Source of the DNA: a virus | Lineage: Duplodnaviria; Caudoviricetes | DNA: 42,527 nt | Virus record (IMG/VR): IMGVR_UViG_3300026299_000100 | Location: 1 to 42,527 of that record | Strand: one strand, 5' to 3' | Position numbers and translations under genes: made by a program | Shown here: positions 18,444 through 26,704 of the stretch, in pieces | Layout: each line of letters begins with the position of its first letter | Position numbering within the stretch: position 1 is the first letter of the stretch | Notes under the pieces: model-generated | Told to the model about the DNA's origin: nothing | Databases searched by the model: none | Seen by the model: the letters and a program-made list of their open reading frames with translations, nothing else

Positions 18444-19495
18444 CAGACGGCCTCCTTCTTCTCGGCGTTGAGCGTGGCGAGGTAGTCCTTTTCGGACACA
18501 CCCAGCATGCGCGCGACACCGGCCTGCTCGGAGTTCAGCGCGGTCTGGACGCCCTGGGCGTCAGTCGGCGGAACCTCGGAGGTGTGGGAGGTGCCAAGGA
18601 TCGGCATGCCGTTGATGATTGCCTCGGTGCCGGCGACATCCTCCATGTGGAGCGCGATGAAGCGGTCGCGCGACGGCTTCACGCCGACCCGCCCGGCCTT
18701 GATGGCGCCGTCGACGAAAGACACCGCCTTGTCGCGCTTGCCGCCTTCGGTCAGGGCATTCAGCTTGGTGGTCAGCCCGACGATCTCGGATTGGAGCGCG
18801 GTGATCTCGGCCGGTTGGGCCGCTGCCTTCGCCTTCACGCCGGTCAGGATTGCGGTGGTGTCGCCGGTCACGCCGAAGGCGGTGCCGAGCGCGGTGATTT
18901 CCGACTGCAGGGCCGTCTGCGGTTCCTGCAGCTTGCCGATGGCGGAAAGGATCGCATCCTCGTCCGCCTCGGCAGCCAGGCCGAGCTTTTCGGCCAGCTT
19001 TGCCAAGTCCATGGGGGTCTCCTGGTTAAGGACGGGGGCAAGCCCCCGCAGGTTCGGGGTATTGGTCAGCGAGGCGCGCATGATCGACAGGATGCGCCCC
19101 TGCTTGTCGTGGGTGATGGCAGGGCTGATGCCGCGATAGGCCCGGTCTGAAAGCAGTGCGCGGCCGGTTTCGGTCCAGTCGACCCTGGCCCAGATGCTGC
19201 CATCGTCGCGCGCATCAAGATCGGTGATCCAGCCCCGCGCCGGTGCGGCACCGCCCTTCGGGGCGGCCAGATCGGTGGCGTGGTTCTCGTCGATGACGAG
19301 CCCGCGCTCGGACTGCAGGGAGTTGCGGATCAGGGCGGCGGCATCCGCAACATGATAGGGGCCGAGACCGTTGAAGGTGCGGATCTCGCCGGCAGAAGGC
19401 GCGGGCAGGAGCTCGATCCATTCCGGCACCACATTGCCCGCGGGCAATGCGACAGCTGAGGCCAGGGCGAGAGAGGGGGCAATGCGACGGGTCAT
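18443..19495 (-). CDS. Mu gpI-like prohead protease/scaffold
   Basis: PEWIELLP, IDENH, APARGW, YRGISP, SLTNTPNL; start placed at ATG 19495 downstream of the promoter box. Confidence 0.92.
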   Translation of the reverse strand: MTRRIAPSLALASAVALPAGNVVPEWIELLPAPSAGEIRTFNGLGPYHVADAAALIRNSLQSERGLVIDENHATDLAAPKGGAAPARGWITDLDARDDGSIWARVDWTETGRALLSDRAYRGISPAITHDKQGRILSIMRASLTNTPNLRGLAPVLNQETPMDLAKLAEKLGLAAEADEDAILSAIGKLQEPQTALQSEITALGTAFGVTGDTTAILTGVKAKAAAQPAEITALQSEIVGLTTKLNALTEGGKRDKAVSFVDGAIKAGRVGVKPSRDRFIALHMEDVAGTEAIINGMPILGTSHTSEVPPTDAQGVQTALNSEQAGVARMLGVSEKDYLATLNAEKKEAV

Positions 19496-19501
19496 GCCCG
19501 C

Positions 19502-19551
19502 AATGTCGCAAAGGTGAGGCCTGCGAATAACCCGCAAGCGCTTGCGGGGTG
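19502..19551 (-). promoter_or_regulatory. Late promoter (P_I-like): palindromic box plus -10
   Basis: Perfect palindrome CCCGCAAGCGCTTGCGGG (19531..19548), 23 nt spacer, GACATT, 6 nt, ATG. Confidence 0.7.
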
Positions 19552-19614
19552 TTCCGGCCCAGCCCCGACGGGGCGGATGCCCAAGCCTGCCCCCGGCCGG
19601 GGGCGGCGGTCAAG

Positions 19615-20106
19615 TCATGGCGAAGCTGCACCCGACAGATATTCCGCGATGATCTCCAGCACTCCGGCACGATCGGTGTCCGAGAGGCCAAGGAAGGGCC
19701 GGGCAGGAATGGTGCCCCAGGGGATCGGCCCGCCTCGGGACGTGCGGCCGAATGCACCCTGTGCAGCGCCGAACTGCATCACGGCGGCATAGTTCCTCGG
19801 CGAACCCCAGCGCACGGATGTCTCGGTGGCCTCGTAGTGGATCAGGCTCGACAGGCTGCCCGATGGCCCGAAGAGCGGCCGGTCATCGACCCTGTCGCCG
19901 CGCGCCCTATAGCCCGCCTTCGTCACCTCGGACTTCGGGGCCCAGGCGGTGCCGTCAGGGCCTGCGCCGGTTCCGAACCGTGCCTTGGTGGACTTGATCA
20001 GGAACTCGCCGACCTCCTGCATCGGCCGGGTCAGGTCACCCAGCTGCCGCGCCAGATCGTCCAGGGCGGCAGTGACGGCGGCGTCATTGATTTCGAGCGT
20101 GAACAT
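19615..20106 (-). CDS. Mu gpG-like virion morphogenesis protein
   Basis: RF....GPDG..WAP, YAAVMQFG, IPARPFLGLS. Confidence 0.92.
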   Translation of the reverse strand: MFTLEINDAAVTAALDDLARQLGDLTRPMQEVGEFLIKSTKARFGTGAGPDGTAWAPKSEVTKAGYRARGDRVDDRPLFGPSGSLSSLIHYEATETSVRWGSPRNYAAVMQFGAAQGAFGRTSRGGPIPWGTIPARPFLGLSDTDRAGVLEIIAEYLSGAASP

Positions 20107-20122
20107 CGTTATCCTTCCCGGC

Positions 20123-20203
20123 GGGATAGCGACATCGGAAAGTCGGAGTCCGGTTCGCCACCTCGGTGCCGCAAATGAGGGATTTCCGCCCCTCCGCTAT
20201 CCC
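20123..20203 (-). ncRNA. Candidate cloverleaf / kissing-loop RNA overlapping the gpF stop codon
   Basis: GGGATAGC/GCTATCCC closing stem; GAGGG/CCCTC hairpin (loop GCGGAAAT); central hairpin; GAC/GTC hairpin (loop TTTCCGAT); loops complementary CGGAAA/TTTCCG. Confidence 0.5.
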
Positions 20204-21426
20204 AAACTGCCCAACAGCACCTCAAGCAGCCCCCCGCGCTGCCGGCCCCGCAGGTCCGACATCCGCGGGCGGTAGGCCGACACGATCACATTGGGAGCCT
20301 CTTGCCCGTCAAGACGGCCAAACGCCATGTCGATGGCCAGTTGCGGCACCCGGTCGTCACCAGGCAGGACATAGATGAGCCGCCCCGTCCGCTTGTCCAG
20401 CAGGACGGCGATACGGGCCCTGATCGCATCGGGCAGGCCCGCCCAATCCTCCGGCGTCAGGGCATCGCCGGCCGCGTGGTGCCTGCGCGCCTTCGGACCC
20501 TGGATCAGGCCCGGCATCACCAGCAACTCGGCCGACCGCAGCGGCATCCCGCGCGCGGCCAGGATATCCGCCACCTCTCTCTCGATCGTTCCCACCAGCC
20601 CCGGATCGTGGCGCGCTCCCGACTTCACCTGGTCCACCCAATCCGGCCATGCGCGCTGTATCTGCGGCTGTACGGATTGACCGAAGTCGATCCCCAGATC
20701 CAGCGGCAGGCGGGCGATCTGCCGGGCTGCGGCACTGATCAGGTCGGTATTCGTGCCCCCCGGTGCGTAGCCCCAACCCCTGTCGATCCCGACCGGCGCG
20801 CCGGTCTTCGGGTCGATCCGGTCCCAGCCCGGCGGCAGCTGCTTGTCGGGATCGCCCCCCAGGCGGCGGACGCCGGCAGCTGTTCGGGCACCGACGATGT
20901 AGCAGGTGCAGCCCCAGCCGTTGGGCGCGAAATGCGTCCGCCAGAAGGGATGCGAGGGATGTGCCGCAAACCCGTGCCAGGACAGGTGGATGATGCGCGG
21001 CTCGCGCGCATTGCCATGCAGGTAGACCCAGAAGGCGAAGTCACCCTCGATGAGCTGGGCATGGCGCCCGGCGTGATAGGTGGACGCCAGGTTGGTGCGG
21101 TAGATGGTCCGGGTCCGCCAGGCCTCGCCCTTCAGGGTGCCTTCGCCGGTCCAGCCGTGCCAGCCATGCCTGGCGACCGTGGCCCGGAAATCGCGGCGGA
21201 AATCCTCCAGGCTGGTGCCCTTGCTGATGGCCTTGTCCACAGCGGCGGCCAGATCGGACAGCAGGTCCGCCTTCATGGCGCCTGCCACCATGAAGGCGCG
21301 GTCGTGGAATTGCGGTTCGACATCCGTCCAGGCCCGAGTGCCGCGTCTGTCGTCCCGCCGCAGCCGCCATGCGGCCAGTTGCTGGGCGAAGGGCTGGCCG
21401 AAGATCGCGGTCAAGCTGTCAGCCAT
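20197..21426 (-). CDS. Mu gpF (MuF) minor head protein with C-terminal nuclease-like extension
   Basis: RAFMVAGA, WRTRTIYRTN, H..W.G, PNGWGCTC, GIDRGWGYAPG; extra ~150 aa with H...LT..DW..LP...LIYV...NVIVSAY, resembling PBECR-type domains. Confidence 0.85.
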   Translation of the reverse strand: MADSLTAIFGQPFAQQLAAWRLRRDDRRGTRAWTDVEPQFHDRAFMVAGAMKADLLSDLAAAVDKAISKGTSLEDFRRDFRATVARHGWHGWTGEGTLKGEAWRTRTIYRTNLASTYHAGRHAQLIEGDFAFWVYLHGNAREPRIIHLSWHGFAAHPSHPFWRTHFAPNGWGCTCYIVGARTAAGVRRLGGDPDKQLPPGWDRIDPKTGAPVGIDRGWGYAPGGTNTDLISAAARQIARLPLDLGIDFGQSVQPQIQRAWPDWVDQVKSGARHDPGLVGTIEREVADILAARGMPLRSAELLVMPGLIQGPKARRHHAAGDALTPEDWAGLPDAIRARIAVLLDKRTGRLIYVLPGDDRVPQLAIDMAFGRLDGQEAPNVIVSAYRPRMSDLRGRQRGGLLEVLLGSLG

Positions 21427-23086
21427 CCGCCTCGTCCTCGACCGCAGCCCGGCCACCGGCCCAGCCCGCCAGCACCCCCTGTGCCAGGATCAGCGACAGC
21501 TCTGCCGTGTCGATCCTCTCGAAAGCCGCCAGCACCATTTCGCGGAACTCCTCCAGCGATCCGGCCGTCTGAAGCATGGCCTCTACCTGGTCGACCATCG
21601 CCGCGACATGGGGTGCTGCCTCGATCTCCACCCGGCCAGCCAGCGCCCCGACATGCTCGCCCACCGGGTTTCGCCGTGGGAGGGCCATAGAGGCCCCCTC
21701 CGCGTTCAGGGCTGTCGTTCCCCGCAGATCGGCCTGACCCCGTTTAAAAACGCCGGGTTTGCCTTTAATCGCGCGATCCTGATCCTCGGGGTCGGGCGGC
21801 TTCCCGTCTGGCGGCTCCTCGGGTGCGGATTTGGCGCCGGCAGGGGTCATCAGCCGGGCTTTCGGCTTGGGGGCAGCCAACCCGAACTTCTCGCGGATGT
21901 CCTCCTGGCTGACCTCAAGCCCGCGGTCGATCATCGGGCCGATGGCGGTGGCAAAGGCCGCAAGGTCTTCCTGCTCCGGGCGGTCGATCTTCAGGCGGGG
22001 ATAGGCTTTCTGAGGGCCGTGATTGACCTGGACGAAGACCCGGACAAGATCTCGGTTCAAGATCGCTGCAAGGGCCTTGGCATCTGCGCGCTCGATATCC
22101 TCCTGAACCTGCCGGTGCTCCTTGCCGGATCCCAGACCGCCCGTCACCGCATCAGTTGTCGCGGTCTGTCCCAGCACGGCTTTCGATACCTGCTGGTCGA
22201 GCCAGTCCGACCGCTCTTTGTACAGTGCATGGGCCGCCCCGACATTTGCCGCTTCAATGAACTCGATCATCATGGATTCGGGGATCATCGCCGCCATGTC
22301 GCCGGCAATGTTGGAGATCGCCCGCATCAGCGTGGCCTTCTCCGCCTCGGTGGCGCCGGGATGATATTTGCCCAGGCGCACCGGTTGGGCATAGGTCTGG
22401 GTGAAGATGGTCCAGTCGCGCTGGGTGAACGCCTTGAACATCCATGCCCAGGCCGCGACGCGGGCAATGCCGGATCGCAAGGGCAGGCCGGACTTGGCAG
22501 CGATCTGGGCGAAGATGAAGTGCCCACCCTCCATGGGCTTCAACTGGCCGTTCTGGTCCCGGATCATCGGAGTTTCGAGATCCCGAGGATCGAAGCCGAA
22601 CCAGCGTGGATCGCGGCGCAGAAGCTGTTTCGGCCAGTGCTGCCCTTCCGAGTGATCCCAGTCGATCTCGGTGACGCTGTAGCCTTTGCCGATGCAGTCG
22701 AGGATGTGGAAGATTTCGTCGGACAATTCATCGCGCTGCAGCCAATCGCGGACCTCCTCGGCGATGGCCTCGTCTTCCGAGCTGTCCGATGCGGCCTCGA
22801 CCGTGATGTCCAGCTGCGCGACCGCGCGCCGGCGGGTGCCCAGCACCCCGACATAGTGCAGATCGCGCTCCTCGATCGTTTCGGCCAGTTCCAGATAGCG
22901 CAGCCCGTCGCCGGCATCGGCCTCGCGCAGGATTGCCGCCAGCCGGCCAGGCGTCATCCCGTCGGCCGGATATCCGGTCAGCGGCGAGCGCACCCCGCCC
23001 AGCGTGGCGGAGGCAACCTCGGTGGTCAGCGTGGAAAGCCGGATCGGTCGGCCATAGGCGTCGAGCAGCTGGGGGGTGCGGGCCAT
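21419..23086 (-). CDS. Portal protein (Mu gp29, DUF935)
   Basis: LLDAYGRP, EERDLHY, KGYSVTEI.W, P.RLGKY, SKAVLGQT.T. Confidence 0.93.
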   Translation of the reverse strand: MARTPQLLDAYGRPIRLSTLTTEVASATLGGVRSPLTGYPADGMTPGRLAAILREADAGDGLRYLELAETIEERDLHYVGVLGTRRRAVAQLDITVEAASDSSEDEAIAEEVRDWLQRDELSDEIFHILDCIGKGYSVTEIDWDHSEGQHWPKQLLRRDPRWFGFDPRDLETPMIRDQNGQLKPMEGGHFIFAQIAAKSGLPLRSGIARVAAWAWMFKAFTQRDWTIFTQTYAQPVRLGKYHPGATEAEKATLMRAISNIAGDMAAMIPESMMIEFIEAANVGAAHALYKERSDWLDQQVSKAVLGQTATTDAVTGGLGSGKEHRQVQEDIERADAKALAAILNRDLVRVFVQVNHGPQKAYPRLKIDRPEQEDLAAFATAIGPMIDRGLEVSQEDIREKFGLAAPKPKARLMTPAGAKSAPEEPPDGKPPDPEDQDRAIKGKPGVFKRGQADLRGTTALNAEGASMALPRRNPVGEHVGALAGRVEIEAAPHVAAMVDQVEAMLQTAGSLEEFREMVLAAFERIDTAELSLILAQGVLAGWAGGRAAVEDEADG

Positions 23087-24762
23087 CAGATCATTCCCCT
23101 GATCCTGTGCCCCAGCGGCGGGGCGTAAATGTCGCGGGCGTCCTCTTCGTCGGCCGTCATGCCGCTGCCCGTGGCGGTGGTCTCGCGGGGCAGCGGGGCC
23201 GGTGTGTAGCCGTATTCGACCCAGCGCATGCGGGTCGCGTAATCGGCCAGGGCGCAGGCGATGGCATAGTCGCCATGCCGCTTCTTCTTCTGGCCCGATC
23301 CCTTTTCGGCGGCCGATTCCGTCCGCTCGGGCGGCACCCGCGCGATGCCGCGGATCACCTTGACCAGGCGAAGGTCGCCGGCGTGGTCGGCGTCGCGGAT
23401 CAGCGCGATGTGGTCATCCTCGAACCGCGTCTTCAGCGGCGGCATTTCGATCCGGTACCACTCCTCGGAAAACTTGATCGCCATGATCAGGCCGGCGCCG
23501 GAGAGCGGGTCCTCACGCAGCCCGTAGATCCGGCCCATGTCCTCGGCCACGGTCCAGCCCATGCCGGTGGCATCGAAGGCCGCACCCACCAGCCGGTGGC
23601 GGACGTGATCGAGGACGGTCCTGCAGATCAGCTTCTGTTCGATGCCCGGCACATTGCGCAGCTCGTAAGCCAGCGCCTCGCGGCGTTTAAGGTTCTGTTC
23701 AATGGCCATCAAAGACCCGGTCGTCAGGTCGCGGATCCGGCCGAAGTCCGATCCGAAGGCATAGCGCGGCGACAGGTCCAGCGCCTTCAGCTGGGCCTTC
23801 AGCTTCGTCAGGAACGGCTCCATCAGTGAGGCCTGCCCGACCTTGTCGAGGAAGAGGTAGTTTGCTGGCAGCTCCAGCCGCAGCACCTCCTGCTCGACCG
23901 TCATCCGCGCTTCGATCAGCGGGCCGGGCAGCCAGCTGCCCGAGGACATGGACGGGATGCAGAACAGTTCCTCGTCTGCGCCGTCACCGTAGATGTCGAT
24001 GATCTCTTGGCGCCAAGCCGCCTCTTCTTCTGCAGACCATGCCTTGCGGGCCCGGAACGCCACGCGCTGGTAGAAGCCATCCTGCAGCGCCTGGTCGAAG
24101 TCGATGCGGATGTGATCGCCCTTTTCCCGGCCAGCCAGAACCGCCTGGATCGCGACATTGAAATCGTTGTCGACACCGTCATGGGTCGAGCAGACCACGA
24201 CCTGACCACCCCAGATCAGGAAGGCCAGCGCCGCCTTCAGGAGCTCCTTCAGGTTATCGACGAAAGCCGCCTCGTCGATGATGACCACGCCCTGCTTGCC
24301 CCGCAGCCCGCGCGGAGCCGAAGACAGCGCCATGACCTCGAACCCGCTGGCGAACTTGATCCGGAAGGCGTTGATCGACTTGTCACCGTCATCCTGGTCG
24401 AACAGCGTCTCTTCGACCTCGCCGGCCGCGCTGTCGAAGGCACGGGCCCACATGGCGCAGGCATCCACGAACTCGCGCGTCATCTCCCGGCTGTAGGAGA
24501 TGTACATCACATCCATGCCACCGGCGACACGCTGGCGGCCGGCGCGCAGGACGGCATAGGCAGCAAGGCCCCAGGTGAGCCCAATCCGACGGCTTTTCTC
24601 GATGTAGCAGAGCTTCGATCCGCCATCGAGGAGGGCGACGGTTTTCGCTTGATAGGGCAGCAGCACCGAAGGCAGACCCGCGGCCTTCACCTCGTCCGGG
24701 ATCGCCTGCATGGCGGCGGCGCGGGCGTCGGCCCACTGCTTCTCGGTCAGGAGGGCGGTCAT
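23086..24762 (-). CDS. Terminase large subunit (Mu gp28-like), full length
   Basis: LLPYQ, KSRRIGLT (Walker A), VIIDEAAF (Walker B), CSTH; nuclease motifs GSDFGR, FDATGMG, HGDYAIA. Confidence 0.95.
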   Translation of the reverse strand: MTALLTEKQWADARAAAMQAIPDEVKAAGLPSVLLPYQAKTVALLDGGSKLCYIEKSRRIGLTWGLAAYAVLRAGRQRVAGGMDVMYISYSREMTREFVDACAMWARAFDSAAGEVEETLFDQDDGDKSINAFRIKFASGFEVMALSSAPRGLRGKQGVVIIDEAAFVDNLKELLKAALAFLIWGGQVVVCSTHDGVDNDFNVAIQAVLAGREKGDHIRIDFDQALQDGFYQRVAFRARKAWSAEEEAAWRQEIIDIYGDGADEELFCIPSMSSGSWLPGPLIEARMTVEQEVLRLELPANYLFLDKVGQASLMEPFLTKLKAQLKALDLSPRYAFGSDFGRIRDLTTGSLMAIEQNLKRREALAYELRNVPGIEQKLICRTVLDHVRHRLVGAAFDATGMGWTVAEDMGRIYGLREDPLSGAGLIMAIKFSEEWYRIEMPPLKTRFEDDHIALIRDADHAGDLRLVKVIRGIARVPPERTESAAEKGSGQKKKRHGDYAIACALADYATRMRWVEYGYTPAPLPRETTATGSGMTADEEDARDIYAPPLGHRIRGMI

Positions 24763-25505
24763 TCGCGCATCCTGACGCAGCCGGGCGTGCTAATTGAGGG
24801 GATGCAGAACAGTTCTTCGTCGGCGCCGTCGCCGTAGAAGTCGATGATGCCTTGCCGCCACTGCGCCTCGGCCTCGGGCGTCCAGGTCTTGCCGGTGACC
24901 AGGGCGATACGTTGATAGAGGCCCTGCTGCAGCGCCTGATCGAAGTCGATCCGCAGATGGTCGCCCTTCGAACGGCCTGCCAGCAGCTCCTGAATGGCCA
25001 CGTTGAAATCATTGTCGACGCCGTCATGGGTCGAGCAGACCACGACCTGACCGCCCCACATCAGGAAGGCCAGTGCCGCCTTCAGAAGCTCCTTCAGGTT
25101 ATCGACGAAGGCGGCCTCGTCGATGATGACCACACCCTGCTTGCCGCGCAGGCCGCGAGGAGCCGAAGACAGCGCCATGATCTCGAAGCCGGAGGCGAAG
25201 CGGATCCGGAAGGCGTTGATCGCCTTGTCGCCATCATCCTGGTCGAAGAGCGTCTCCTCGACCGCGCCGGCCGCGCTGTCGAAGGCGCGGGCCCACATGG
25301 CGCAGGCATCCACGAACTCGCGGGTCATCTCGCGGCTGTAGGAGATGTACATGACGTCCATGCCACCGGCAGTCTTCTGCCGGCCGGCGCGCAGAACGGC
25401 ATAGGCCGCAAGGCCCCATGTGAGGCCGATCCGGCGCGACTTTTCGACATAGCAAAGCTGCGATCCACCATCGAGAAGGCCCACCGTCTTTGCCTGATAG
25501 GGCAG
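23954..25505. repeat. Diverged ~0.7 kb direct repeat (23954..24660 and 24799..25505)
   Basis: Colinear at a constant 845-bp offset with many third-codon-position differences. Confidence 0.92.
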
Positions 25506-25517
25506 GAGGGCGGTCAT
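24759..25517 (-). CDS. ATPase-domain-only paralogue of the terminase large subunit
   Basis: ~88% aa identical (28 differences in 236 aligned residues, hand count) to the N-terminal part of 23086..24762; ATPase motifs intact; no nuclease domain; ATGA-coupled at both ends. Confidence 0.85.
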   Translation of the reverse strand: MTALLPYQAKTVGLLDGGSQLCYVEKSRRIGLTWGLAAYAVLRAGRQKTAGGMDVMYISYSREMTREFVDACAMWARAFDSAAGAVEETLFDQDDGDKAINAFRIRFASGFEIMALSSAPRGLRGKQGVVIIDEAAFVDNLKELLKAALAFLMWGGQVVVCSTHDGVDNDFNVAIQELLAGRSKGDHLRIDFDQALQQGLYQRIALVTGKTWTPEAEAQWRQGIIDFYGDGADEELFCIPSISTPGCVRMRE

Positions 25518-25795
25518 TGCCGGCTCTCCCGACGCAGGGCCTCAAGGGTCAGCCGACCACGGGTCAGCGAGTTTTCAAGGGGCTCGTTCCGCCCGCGCCA
25601 TGTGATTTCGAGGTTGAGCAGCCGACCATGCAGTCCGTAATACGTCCGCCCGTCGACCGCTTCACCTGCAAGCATCGCCCGGATCAGCCGCGCGCACTGA
25701 TGACAGGCCCGCGAGACATGATCGTCCCGGCGGTCCCAGTACTTCGCCTGGGCCACGAGGTCGTTGGCCACCTGAGCGGGGGTCGCGGTCACCAC
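25514..25795 (-). CDS. Hypothetical protein
   Basis: Coupled ORF in the terminase-region island. Confidence 0.65.
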   Translation of the reverse strand: MVTATPAQVANDLVAQAKYWDRRDDHVSRACHQCARLIRAMLAGEAVDGRTYYGLHGRLLNLEITWRGRNEPLENSLTRGRLTLEALRRESRQ

Positions 25796-26109
25796 ATCCC
25801 CCTTTCTGCCGACCGGCGCCAGAACTCGACCTGGGCGCCGTCGCGCTCGGGGTCCGGGCAGCGCCAGAGGCTGCGCATGTAGGGATCGGGCTGGAAGAAG
25901 CTGGTGGTGCAGATCGGCGGATCGTAGCTGCTGCAGATGGTAGTCCCGGTCGGCGGGGGCGTGTAGAGCGCCTCCATGATCAGGGCGCAGTCGCCGCCGG
26001 CCAGCAAGGCGCGTTCATAGCTGTCTTGCCTGACCGCCACGACAATGGATCCGACCGCGACCAGCCCCGCAACCGTCCCGCCCACCAGTTTGCCCAGGCC
26101 GTCATTCAC
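25789..26109 (-). CDS. Hypothetical membrane-anchored Cys-containing protein
   Basis: N-terminal hydrophobic helix, four Cys; GTGA-coupled start at 26109. Confidence 0.6.
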   Translation of the reverse strand: MNDGLGKLVGGTVAGLVAVGSIVVAVRQDSYERALLAGGDCALIMEALYTPPPTGTTICSSYDPPICTTSFFQPDPYMRSLWRCPDPERDGAQVEFWRRSAERGMW

Positions 26110-26450
26110 CGAAACACCTCCCCGGCCTCGCGCCATGCATCGGAGTGGCGCTGTTGCAGGCCGTCCGGTCCGGGCATGTGCCTGGGCTCGTGCTGTAAGA
26201 GGTCGGGGCAGAAATCATGCTTGCCCAGCCGCCACAGGTGGCGCCAGTTGCCGGTGTTCACCACGTCGCCCTGCACTGGGTAGACCTCGATCGCGCGGGT
26301 GCCCTTGCCCCAGACCTCGTTCTTGATGGCCTGCAACTGGTCCCAGGTGATCTCGCCCCGATGGCTGACCATCAGGTGCCCCAGCTGGGCGTCCAGCAGG
26401 ACCGGAAAGCCCAGCACCATCATCTCGCGCTGCTGGAGATGCAGTGTCAT
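26106..26450 (-). CDS. Conserved phage protein (ITWDxLQxIKNE...EVYP...RHLW family, DUF7694-like)
   Basis: Motif string HLMVSH..ITWDQLQAIKNEVWG...AIEVYP...VVN..NWRHLW. Confidence 0.65.
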   Translation of the reverse strand: MTLHLQQREMMVLGFPVLLDAQLGHLMVSHRGEITWDQLQAIKNEVWGKGTRAIEVYPVQGDVVNTGNWRHLWRLGKHDFCPDLLQHEPRHMPGPDGLQQRHSDAWREAGEVFR

Positions 26451-26704
26451 CAGCCCATCCCCAGCGCGGCCTTGTAAAGCTCCAGCACGGCCTCCTGTTC
26501 GGCGATGTCGTCGGGCTGACGACGGCGCAGGGCGATGATCTGCCGCATGACGGCGGTGTCGTAGCCCCGGCCCTTGGCCTCGGCCATCAGCTCCTTCTGC
26601 TGATCCGCGATGTCCTTCTTCTCGGATTCCAGCTGTTCCCAGCGTTCGATGAACTGGCGCAGCTCGTCGGCGGTGACGTTGTAAGGGTCGTTCGGATCGC
26701 TCAT
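26450..26704 (-). CDS. gapR: GapR-like nucleoid-associated protein (DUF2312/UPF0335)
   Basis: ADELRQFIER.E.LE.EKKDI....KE..AEAKGRGYD...MR.II.LR......EQEA.LELYK.ALGM. Confidence 0.92.
   Translation of the reverse strand: MSDPNDPYNVTADELRQFIERWEQLESEKKDIADQQKELMAEAKGRGYDTAVMRQIIALRRRQPDDIAEQEAVLELYKAALGMG

Noticed and set aside
23954..25505. Terminase repeat as a DGR template/variable pair
   Set aside because: No reverse transcriptase; differences are not adenine-specific; repeat is much longer than typical TR/VR
24759..25517. Calling the short terL copy a pseudogene
   Set aside because: Open frame, intact catalytic motifs, mostly synonymous or conservative divergence and coupled start/stop; kept as a CDS although function is unproven
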